DNA of 64,000 bases from Lentimicrobiaceae bacterium (lineage in GTDB: Bacteria > Bacteroidota > Bacteroidia > Bacteroidales > JAGNHN01), in contig JAGNHN010000001.1 in NCBI GenBank assembly GCA_018001695.1, positions 8,226 through 72,225 on the forward strand, read 5' to 3'. The position numbers were made by a program, and so were the translations under genes. The notes below the pieces were generated by a model that was not told where the DNA came from, did not search any database, and saw only the letters and a list, made by a program, of their open reading frames with translations. Every line of letters begins with the position of its first letter. Position 1 is the stretch's first letter. Of this stretch, positions 56,634 through 64,000 are shown piece by piece.

Positions 56634-57611
56634 TTACAGATGCACCTCTATCAACCTGGCCGCTGGCAAAGGAACCAGCGTCAGTTCCTGCATCATCGCC
56701 GGAACCAATACGAGATCCCCCATCTGCAGTCTTACATTCCCCCCTTGATACCGGCACTCAACCTGTCCTTGTGTACACAGATATACCACGCATGAGTCCA
56801 TCTCGCCCAGATCCTTCTCAACCGGTCTGTCAAACTGTATCATGGCTGTACTGAAATGTGCATTGGATGTCAGCCGGACGGTTTCATTCAGTTTCTGCGG
56901 GTATGCTGTTTTTAAACTTGATGTTTGCTTGTAATCAATGGCATCCAAAGCGAGATCAATGTGTAAATCCCTCATTCTTCCATCCTTACCCGGTCTATTC
57001 CAGTCATAAACACGGTAGGTGATATCCGCTGCCTGTTGTATTTCGGCAAGTAAAATCCCCGGTCCCAGGGCATGAACCCGCCCAGGCGGGATGTCGAATA
57101 CATCCCCTGCCTGTACATCAACATACTGCAGGTAATCTTGTAACTTATTGTCCTGGAGTGCTTTCAGAAAGATTTCCGGAGTAATATCTTCCTTGAATCC
57201 ATTGATAAGGCGGGCCCCGGGTTCAGCATGAACCACATACCACATCTCTGCTTTTCCAGAGCTGGCATGACGCTGACGGGCCAGCGCATCTCCGGGGTGC
57301 ACCTGGATGCTGAGGTAATCATTGGCATCGATGAACTTACACAACAGGGGAAATTCATCTCCATATGATTCGTATATCCTCTCCCCAACCAACTCATCCA
57401 TAAATACCTCCACCAACTCGGCCAGGGTATTACCGGCAAGCCTTCCGGATTTCACCTCCGACTCACTGCCCGGCAATGCCGAAAGTAGCCATACCTCCCC
57501 ACAATCGATCAATGGACGAAAGTCCTTCCCAAGTATGGTATGGATCTTATTTCCGCCCCACACCTTTTCCTTGAAAACATCCTTGAACGTCAAAGGATAC
57601 AGCATCTCCAT
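56634..57611 (-). CDS. manA: Class I mannose-6-phosphate isomerase
   Basis: 325 aa. Motifs VWGG...GE.WL, LSIQVHPGD and AEMWYV, in a cupin fold. Confidence 0.85.
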   Translation of the reverse strand: MEMLYPLTFKDVFKEKVWGGNKIHTILGKDFRPLIDCGEVWLLSALPGSESEVKSGRLAGNTLAELVEVFMDELVGERIYESYGDEFPLLCKFIDANDYLSIQVHPGDALARQRHASSGKAEMWYVVHAEPGARLINGFKEDITPEIFLKALQDNKLQDYLQYVDVQAGDVFDIPPGRVHALGPGILLAEIQQAADITYRVYDWNRPGKDGRMRDLHIDLALDAIDYKQTSSLKTAYPQKLNETVRLTSNAHFSTAMIQFDRPVEKDLGEMDSCVVYLCTQGQVECRYQGGNVRLQMGDLVLVPAMMQELTLVPLPAARLIEVHL

Positions 57612-57633
57612 ATAGTTCAGCTTGGGTTGTCTG

Positions 57634-57641
57634 CAAAGATA
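57634..57641 (-). promoter_or_regulatory. -7 box (TATCTTTG) upstream of manA
   Basis: Exact match, 22 nt upstream of the ATG at 57611. Confidence 0.45.
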
Positions 57642-57688
57642 GCCATTTGCCTGAGTGTTATTCGACCTAAGCGCATTACCTTTACGGC

Positions 57689-58273
57689 ATGCAAGTTTTG
57701 GGAATCACAGGAACATTGGGTGCCGGTAAGGGAACCATCGTAGAATACCTGATCCACAACTTTGGATTCAGGCATTATTCTGTCAGGGCACTGCTCACCG
57801 AGTTTATTCTTGAAAGAGGACTGCAGGTAAACCGCGACAGCATGGTATTGGTTGCCAATGAGCTGAGGAGGGCACATGGACCATCCTTTTTGGTTGAAAC
57901 CTTGTACGAACGGGCGCTGCAGGCAGGTCAACATTGTGTGATAGAGAGCATACGAACGCCGGGTGAGGTTTATGCCCTGCGCCAGAAAGGTGCATTTGTG
58001 TTGCTGGCGATAGATGCAGACCCGGCTCTCCGGTATAAGCGAATACAAGCCAGGAATTCGGAAACCGACCAGATCAGTTTCGAGACTTTTCTCGAAAATG
58101 AGGCACGTGAGATGACCAGCACGGATCCCCATCATCAGAACCTGCGTGCCTGCATCGAACTCGCTGATTACCTTTTAAATAATGATGAGGATATTCCGGC
58201 CTTGTACGTCCAGGTTGAAGAAGTCGTTCGCCAATTATTGCTTCAGAAAGATGCACTATGGAAGATGCCGTAA
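57689..58273 (+). CDS. P-loop NMP/dephospho-CoA-kinase-like protein of unknown specificity
   Basis: 194 aa. The Walker A context is VLGITGTLGAGKGT. Its size and lid layout resemble small nucleotide kinases. Its 3' end overlaps the dCMP deaminase start by 16 nt. Confidence 0.55.
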   Translation: MQVLGITGTLGAGKGTIVEYLIHNFGFRHYSVRALLTEFILERGLQVNRDSMVLVANELRRAHGPSFLVETLYERALQAGQHCVIESIRTPGEVYALRQKGAFVLLAIDADPALRYKRIQARNSETDQISFETFLENEAREMTSTDPHHQNLRACIELADYLLNNDEDIPALYVQVEEVVRQLLLQKDALWKMP

Positions 58274-58758
58274 ATCGCGGATATATCCGCCCCACATGGG
58301 ATGAGTATTTCATGGAAGTGGCCAATGCCATTGCCAAACGTGCTACCTGTGACAGGGGTCGCAGCGGCTGTGTCATCGCACGCAACCGGCAGATCCTGGT
58401 AACGGGTTATGTAGGTTCCCCTACCGGCCTGCCGCATTGTGACGAAGTGGGGCACCTTTTTAAAAAGGTCGTCCACGAGGATGGCAGGGTGACGCAACAT
58501 TGTGTCAGGACGGTGCATGCAGAGCAGAACGCCATTTGTCAGGCCGCCAAACTTGGGATCCCGCTGGAAGGTTCAACCCTCTACTGCAGAATGACGCCCT
58601 GCCGTACCTGCGCCATGCTGATCATCAACTGCGGTATCGTCAGGGTGGTCTGTGAAAGGAAATACCATGCCGGTGGTGAATCAGAGGCGCTTTTCAGAGA
58701 AGCTGGGGTGCAACTGGATTATGTTGTGGATGAAATCCTGCAATACGATAAGCAATAA
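58258..58758 (+). CDS. Deoxycytidylate (dCMP) deaminase
   Basis: 166 aa. Motifs RPTWDEYFM...RATC, then the zinc motifs HAEQNAI and PCRTCA. Confidence 0.92.
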   Translation: MEDAVNRGYIRPTWDEYFMEVANAIAKRATCDRGRSGCVIARNRQILVTGYVGSPTGLPHCDEVGHLFKKVVHEDGRVTQHCVRTVHAEQNAICQAAKLGIPLEGSTLYCRMTPCRTCAMLIINCGIVRVVCERKYHAGGESEALFREAGVQLDYVVDEILQYDKQ

Positions 58759-58803
58759 CAATCGCGTTGCTGCCCGCATTCCCACTTAACTCATTTTTCT
58801 GTT

Positions 58804-59826
58804 TTATTTCTTGAAGATAAAAGCCTGAGGTTCTTCTCCTTCCTTAATATATGCCCTGAACATGGAGCGGGTGTTGAAGGGCATGGCAATATTACCGTAT
58901 TTGTCCACCGCGATGAGTCCGCCGTTAACCTCTTGTTTACCAAGTAAATCATCAATGACATAATGGGCTGCGCGCTCCAGGGTCCACTTCCTATGCTCCA
59001 TCCTGACAGCCACTTCATGCGCTGCAGCATAGCGGATAAAAAACTCCCCATGCCCAGTGCAACTGACGGCGCAGCTTGCATTATCCGCCCAGGTTCCGGC
59101 ACCAATCACCGGAGAATCTCCGATGCGGCCCCATTTCTTCATCATCATACCTCCTGTTGATGTTCCTGCTGCCAGGTTCCCATGTTTATCCAAGGCCACA
59201 GCCCCCACAGTTCCATGCTTGCCTTCTCCTTCAGAGGCTTTCTCCCGCTGCCTGAGATAGGAATCCCAGCTATCCTGTGTAAAGAAATAAGTCGTATCCA
59301 CGATCTCCAGTCCCAGCTCCATGACAAAAACATCAGCACCTGCTCCGCTCAGCATCACATGTGGAGAAGATTCCATGACCATGCGCGCAGCCGAAATGGG
59401 GTTTTTGATCCTTCTGACGCCTGCTACAGCGCCGGCTTTATGATCTTTCCCCTCCATTATAGATGCATCAAGTTCATTGGTGCCCTGGGCCGTGAATACA
59501 GCTCCCTTTCCGGCATTGAACGAAGGATGGTCTTCCAGTATCCGGATGGCAACCTCAACAGCATCCAGTGCTGACCCGCTGTCCCTGAGAATGGCTTCTC
59601 CCGCCGCCAGGGCCGACTTCATGGCCTCCTGATACAAACGGGCACCTTCCTCGCCCATCTTTTCAGGATCAGCATAACCAGCGCCACCATGAACCACCAG
59701 AACATATTTATGTTCCACATCCTCAGGATTATGGCGTTTGTAATAGCAGGCGTTCAACAACAATACGGGCAGAAGCAACAAGACCCAGCGTATCTTAAAG
59801 AAGCGTATAATCCAATTACTATTCAT
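58804..59826 (-). CDS. Isoaspartyl peptidase / L-asparaginase (Ntn hydrolase), lipoprotein-type signal
   Basis: 340 aa with a signal LLLLPVLLLNAC. The autoprocessing site context is HGTVGAVALD, followed by GTSTGG. Confidence 0.9.
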   Translation of the reverse strand: MNSNWIIRFFKIRWVLLLLPVLLLNACYYKRHNPEDVEHKYVLVVHGGAGYADPEKMGEEGARLYQEAMKSALAAGEAILRDSGSALDAVEVAIRILEDHPSFNAGKGAVFTAQGTNELDASIMEGKDHKAGAVAGVRRIKNPISAARMVMESSPHVMLSGAGADVFVMELGLEIVDTTYFFTQDSWDSYLRQREKASEGEGKHGTVGAVALDKHGNLAAGTSTGGMMMKKWGRIGDSPVIGAGTWADNASCAVSCTGHGEFFIRYAAAHEVAVRMEHRKWTLERAAHYVIDDLLGKQEVNGGLIAVDKYGNIAMPFNTRSMFRAYIKEGEEPQAFIFKK

Positions 59827-60613
59827 GTTTATTGGCGATTAGTGAAAAAAGATCTTTGATGTCCAGTATCCCAAACATCTGTATGGAAGTAAGCAGGATC
59901 ATTATGATAATGACCCACTTAACAAATACCACACCCCTGCTGACAGCCAGGCGTGAGGCGACCAGGGCCCCAACCACATTGCCGATACCAAGCACAAAGC
60001 CATAGAGGTAGTCGACCTGCCCGTAATAAATAAAGACAAAGAGCGTGAAAGGTGCCGATATTAATACAATCAACACCTTAATGGCATTGGCCTTGACGAG
60101 GTCATATCCTGCGCCCAGCACGATGGCTGCCAGCAGAAAATAGCCTACACCAATATGAATAAAGCCGGTATAAATGCCGATAAAGAAGAATATGATGACC
60201 TGCCAGACGCTTACCGGCTTTTCCATCAGATCTTTGCGACCGATTAGCCAGCGCTGGGGTTTTTGCAGAATAAAATACAGCATCAGGATCATGATGACCC
60301 CTATCGCACGTTCAAAAACGTCTTCATTGATTTCGACCGCGATCTTGGCCCCAATGAGGCTGCCAACTACAGCCGGAATACTCAGCGCCAGGCCCTTACG
60401 CCAGTCCAGCACCCGCTGATACCTGAAGCTTCCGGTAGCTACAAGGGTTTGCATGGCCACTGCAATGCGGTTGGTCCCATTCGCCAGTGTCGCCGGCATC
60501 CCCAAAATGAGCAGTAGCGACAAAGAGATGATCGAACCCCCTCCGGCAAGGGTATTGATAAATCCACATAACAATCCCGCAGTAATCAATGCCACAATCT
60601 CAGGCGTGCTCAT
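59819..60613 (-). CDS. TauE/SafE family sulfite/anion exporter-like membrane protein
   Basis: 264 aa with about 8 TM helices and a duplicated 4-TM pattern carrying GGG/PxxxG motifs. It overlaps the downstream gene by 8 nt. Confidence 0.78.
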   Translation of the reverse strand: MSTPEIVALITAGLLCGFINTLAGGGSIISLSLLLILGMPATLANGTNRIAVAMQTLVATGSFRYQRVLDWRKGLALSIPAVVGSLIGAKIAVEINEDVFERAIGVIMILMLYFILQKPQRWLIGRKDLMEKPVSVWQVIIFFFIGIYTGFIHIGVGYFLLAAIVLGAGYDLVKANAIKVLIVLISAPFTLFVFIYYGQVDYLYGFVLGIGNVVGALVASRLAVSRGVVFVKWVIIIMILLTSIQMFGILDIKDLFSLIANKHE

Positions 60614-60628
60614 GGTATGTTATTTCAG

Positions 60629-60636
60629 CAAAAATA
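60629..60636 (-). promoter_or_regulatory. -7 box (TATTTTTG) upstream of TauE-family gene
   Basis: Exact match, 15 nt upstream of the ATG at 60613. Confidence 0.4.
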
Positions 60637-60676
60637 CGCTTCATTGCTTAATTACAGCGATCAAAGGATCTGTCTG

Positions 60677-62623
60677 CTATTCCACTCTTTTTCCAATCCA
60701 GCGAAGGATCAGCCACAACAGCAGGATATTTATCGGATACAATAATGCGGAAGAGATCCCATAGGCTGCAGGAATGATTCCGGCAAGAACAGCCACGCTT
60801 CCGACCGTCAGCGCATAGGGTAACTGGGTCCGGACATGTGCGACATGCGGGCATGAGCTGGCCAGTGAGCTAAGGATAGTAGTATCTGAAATGGGAGAGC
60901 AATGGTCACCCAGGACAGCACCCGCCAGGACCGATGCCACGACGTTATGAAAGACCGACAGGTTATCGGCATACGCCAGACCTGATTCCTGGCCGATGAG
61001 CCAGGAGGCGGGCAGAATGAGCGGGTATAGGATGGCCATGGTCCCCCATGAAGATCCGGTTGAAAAAGCGATCAGCCCAGCCAGAATGAAAGTGATGGCG
61101 GGTACCAGCATTGGACTGAGCTGCACATCTATGACCACCCTGCTCAAAAAATCAGCAGTATGCATATGCTGTGTGATCAAAGCCATGGCCCAGGCCAGAA
61201 TCAGGATTACGATGGCGGTCAGCATGGTCCTGAAACCATGAATCAGGCTTTCCATACAGGTCCTGAGGCTGAAGATACGCTGTGCCAGGGTGAGCAACAC
61301 CGCTGTTATAACACCTGCCAGGGAAGCCCATAACAAGGCTCTGTAAGAATCCGCCTGCCCGATCACCTGACTCAGGTTATGCCAGAATCCCTGCCCGGAT
61401 TGCCAGGTCACCTTTTCCAAGCCTGTGACGATCAGTCCCATAACAGCACCAAGAACGATGACCAGCACTGGAATGACCGCATTGAACCAGGCGGGTTTGA
61501 CATGGTCAGGGACGACCAGCTCTTCCATGGCATGCTGCATACCCTGACTACCACTGTCCAGGGGCTCACCGGAGTTACGCGCCCGTCTTTCGGCAGTGAG
61601 CATAGGGCCATAGTCTACCCGCCTGTAAATCAACATCGCCATAAAAACAAGGGTCAGCAATGGATAAAAGGCGTATTGCAGGGAGTGAAGGAATACAATG
61701 TAGGGGCTTTCGTCCAGGGAAAGGGTCCGGATGCCATCCTGAATATAACTCAGCTCAGCTCCGATCCACGTAGTGATAAAAGCCACGGAGGCCACAGGAG
61801 CAGCGGTTGAATCCACGATATACGCCAACTTTTCACGCGAAATCCGCATCTTATCAGTAACCGGACGCATTGTATTGCCCACCACCAGGGTGTTGGCGTA
61901 ATCATCAAAAAAGATGGCTATGCCCAGCAACCAGGTGATAAATTGTGTGGACCTGGGTGTTGTAGCATAGCGTGTCAGGAGATTAACCACCCCTTTCATC
62001 CCGCCATTGCGGGTTACCAGGGTGACAACACCACCTATCAGCATTGAAAACAGGATGATCGAAATATGGCCTCTGTCCAGCAATGCCTCAGGAAGGTAGG
62101 TATCTGCAATCATCAGAATACCTTTCCAGATGCTGCTCAGACTGTTGTTACCCATCGACCAGGCCAGCGTTGATGTGCCAAGTAAAAGACCGATGAACAA
62201 GGCACTGAATACCTCCTTAAATATCAATGCCATACATATGGCTAATAAGGGAGGCAGTATCGACACCCAGGGTGCAATGGGCCTCATATCCTTTGATTTG
62301 GTCAATCCCGGTAAAGCCACTTCCACAGTGCCACTGGATTCGGGGATGAACTGTATCTCTGCCTGGCCACCAATGACCATATGCGTCTGATAATTCGAAT
62401 TATAGGAGATAGAAACCTGAACAGTATCAGGAGGTGGAATACTGTCCTGCCACCCAATTTTAATGCGAGCCTCTGTCGACCGGATGGTGTAGGGAGGCAT
62501 GATTACTTCCCAACCGGATTGATCGGACGCATGAACAGGCAACGCATATAAATACAATATAACTGTGGTTAAGAACACAGTTAAAAACCGAAGTGGTTTG
62601 GTGTACAAGAATGGCATGGACAT
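60677..62623 (-). CDS. NhaC-family Na+/H+ antiporter with ~110-aa N-terminal extracytoplasmic extension
   Basis: 648 aa with an N-terminal signal or anchor, a soluble ~110-aa segment, then about 12 TM helices that read as NhaC-like. Confidence 0.78.
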   Translation of the reverse strand: MSMPFLYTKPLRFLTVFLTTVILYLYALPVHASDQSGWEVIMPPYTIRSTEARIKIGWQDSIPPPDTVQVSISYNSNYQTHMVIGGQAEIQFIPESSGTVEVALPGLTKSKDMRPIAPWVSILPPLLAICMALIFKEVFSALFIGLLLGTSTLAWSMGNNSLSSIWKGILMIADTYLPEALLDRGHISIILFSMLIGGVVTLVTRNGGMKGVVNLLTRYATTPRSTQFITWLLGIAIFFDDYANTLVVGNTMRPVTDKMRISREKLAYIVDSTAAPVASVAFITTWIGAELSYIQDGIRTLSLDESPYIVFLHSLQYAFYPLLTLVFMAMLIYRRVDYGPMLTAERRARNSGEPLDSGSQGMQHAMEELVVPDHVKPAWFNAVIPVLVIVLGAVMGLIVTGLEKVTWQSGQGFWHNLSQVIGQADSYRALLWASLAGVITAVLLTLAQRIFSLRTCMESLIHGFRTMLTAIVILILAWAMALITQHMHTADFLSRVVIDVQLSPMLVPAITFILAGLIAFSTGSSWGTMAILYPLILPASWLIGQESGLAYADNLSVFHNVVASVLAGAVLGDHCSPISDTTILSSLASSCPHVAHVRTQLPYALTVGSVAVLAGIIPAAYGISSALLYPINILLLWLILRWIGKRVE

Positions 62624-62672
62624 TATGTGATCTCATGCCGAAGGTAGGACAACTCAGGCAAATGGCAAAATG

Positions 62673-64000
62673 TCAGGCTTGCAGGCAAGCCAATGAAGCA
62701 GCGACGATGCCCTGTGCATCAAATCCACAGATCCGATACAAATCGCTAAGACTGCCTTGTTCCATAAAGCGATCCGGAACACCCAGGATTTTTACATCGG
62801 TTTTATATCCGTAAGCGGCCCTGGTTTCCAGGACAGCACTCCCCAAACCACCTTTCACGCTGCCATCCTCGATGGTGATGACGTATTTATGCTGCCTGAA
62901 AGCATCGCGAAGCAGATCTTCATCCAAGGGTTTCAGAAACCGCATATCATAATGTGACACACGGTATCCTTGTTCTGCCAGCATTTCGGCCGCCTGTGCA
63001 GCAAAATTGCCGGGATGACCAATACTGACCAGGGCCAGCTCCTCTCCCTGACGCAAACAACGACCTTTTCCGATGGGCAGACGCTCCATCGTATTCTTCC
63101 ATTCTGCGTGCACCCCACGTCCCCGGGGATAACGTATCACGACAGGCCCCATGCCTGGTTCCTGGGCTGTAAACATCATGTGTCGCAACTCATGCTCATC
63201 CATGGGTGCACAGATGGTCAGACCGGGAACGGTACGCAGAAAGGCCAGGTCAAAGACACCATGGTGTGTTGGCCCGTCTTCTCCAACCAGGCCTCCTCTG
63301 TCCAGACAAAGAACCACCGGTAATTTCTGCAGGGCAACATCATGTATCACCTGATCATAGGCCCTTTGAAGGAAGGAAGAATAAATATTGCAATACGGGA
63401 CCATCCCCTGAGCCGCGAGACCAGCCGCAAAGGTAACCGCATGCTGTTCGGCGATGCCCACATCAAAAACCCTGTCAGGCATGACAGCCATCATAATGTT
63501 CATGGAGCACCCGGATGGCATGGCAGGTGTGATGCCCACGATGGCGGGATTTTGCTGCGCCAGCTCCAGCAAGGTTCTACCGAAGACGTGCTGGTACTTG
63601 GGCGCTTCCCCGCAAGGCTCATTGACCATCTCTCCTGTGTTCCTGTCGAAAGTGCCAGGCGCGTGAAATGTGATCTGGTCCCGCTCAGCAAATTCAAAGC
63701 CTTTCCCTTTCACCGTCCGGCAATGCAGTAATTTTGGACCAGGTATCTGCTTCAGGTCACGAAAGAGTTGCACCAGCCGGATTACATCATGGCCGTCAAC
63801 CGGGCCAAAATACCGCAGGTTGAATGCCTCAAACATATTGCTCTTACCAAGTAGGGTAGATTTAACGGCCCCACCCAATTGCCGTACCACGGCACGGGTA
63901 TTGGCACCATAACGCGTCCCGCCTCCCAGGAGGTACCAAATCCTGTCTTTCAGTCTGTTATATGCCCTGGATGTCGTGATATCCGTGAAATACTTGGCGA
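62673..64000 (-). CDS. dxs: 1-deoxy-D-xylulose-5-phosphate synthase (C-terminal ~440 aa; 5' end outside window)
   Basis: The motif DVGIAEQHAVTFAAGLA marks the transketolase-like pyrimidine-binding domain, followed by the C-terminal domain. The reading frame stays open to the window edge at 64000. Confidence 0.93.
   Translation of the reverse strand, partial: AKYFTDITTSRAYNRLKDRIWYLLGGGTRYGANTRAVVRQLGGAVKSTLLGKSNMFEAFNLRYFGPVDGHDVIRLVQLFRDLKQIPGPKLLHCRTVKGKGFEFAERDQITFHAPGTFDRNTGEMVNEPCGEAPKYQHVFGRTLLELAQQNPAIVGITPAMPSGCSMNIMMAVMPDRVFDVGIAEQHAVTFAAGLAAQGMVPYCNIYSSFLQRAYDQVIHDVALQKLPVVLCLDRGGLVGEDGPTHHGVFDLAFLRTVPGLTICAPMDEHELRHMMFTAQEPGMGPVVIRYPRGRGVHAEWKNTMERLPIGKGRCLRQGEELALVSIGHPGNFAAQAAEMLAEQGYRVSHYDMRFLKPLDEDLLRDAFRQHKYVITIEDGSVKGGLGSAVLETRAAYGYKTDVKILGVPDRFMEQGSLSDLYRICGFDAQGIVAASLACLQA

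Noticed and set aside
1-64000. Search for CRISPR arrays, tRNA/rRNA genes, riboswitches upstream of ribE, purA, mtnA and dxs, and IS elements.
   Set aside because: No spaced direct repeats, cloverleaf-sized conserved intergenic segments or terminal inverted repeats were seen. The intergenic gaps before ribE (13 nt), purA (23 nt) and mtnA (33 nt) are too short for riboswitches. The dxs 5' region lies outside the window.

Overview
The window looks like a chromosomal segment of a Bacteroidota bacterium. Evidence: several T9SS type-A and type-B C-terminal sorting domains, exact TAnnTTTG (-7 box) motifs just upstream of many start codons, no obvious Shine-Dalgarno sites, and Omp28, PepSY-like and GEVED protein families. 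Coding density is high, with 47 supported CDS. I found no rRNA, tRNA, CRISPR array, transposase or integrase.

Most genes are housekeeping. They include purA, a RelA/SpoT enzyme, ribE, a three-gene biotin-dependent acyl-CoA carboxylase, typA, rbfA, rsmA, serS, rplU-rpmA, an ABC-F ATPase, manA, a dCMP deaminase and dxs.

Three accessory or poorly understood blocks are interspersed among them:
1. 44.9-51.2 kb: two adjacent T9SS cargo genes share three diverged copies of a ~231-aa module I cannot assign to any family.
2. 25.0-31.4 kb: four consecutive signal-peptide hydrolase-like genes. One is a trypsin-fold protein with catalytic His and Ser replaced, carrying dockerin-like repeats.
3. 53.35-56.5 kb: a tight TlpA-like / OM beta-barrel / Omp28-like CxxC lipoprotein operon of unknown function.

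The most unusual non-coding signal is a 168-bp tract of 24 strictly in-register heptanucleotide units (42107-42274), upstream of the rplU-rpmA promoter.

All family calls rest on motif recognition by eye. No BLAST, HMM or statistical computation was run.
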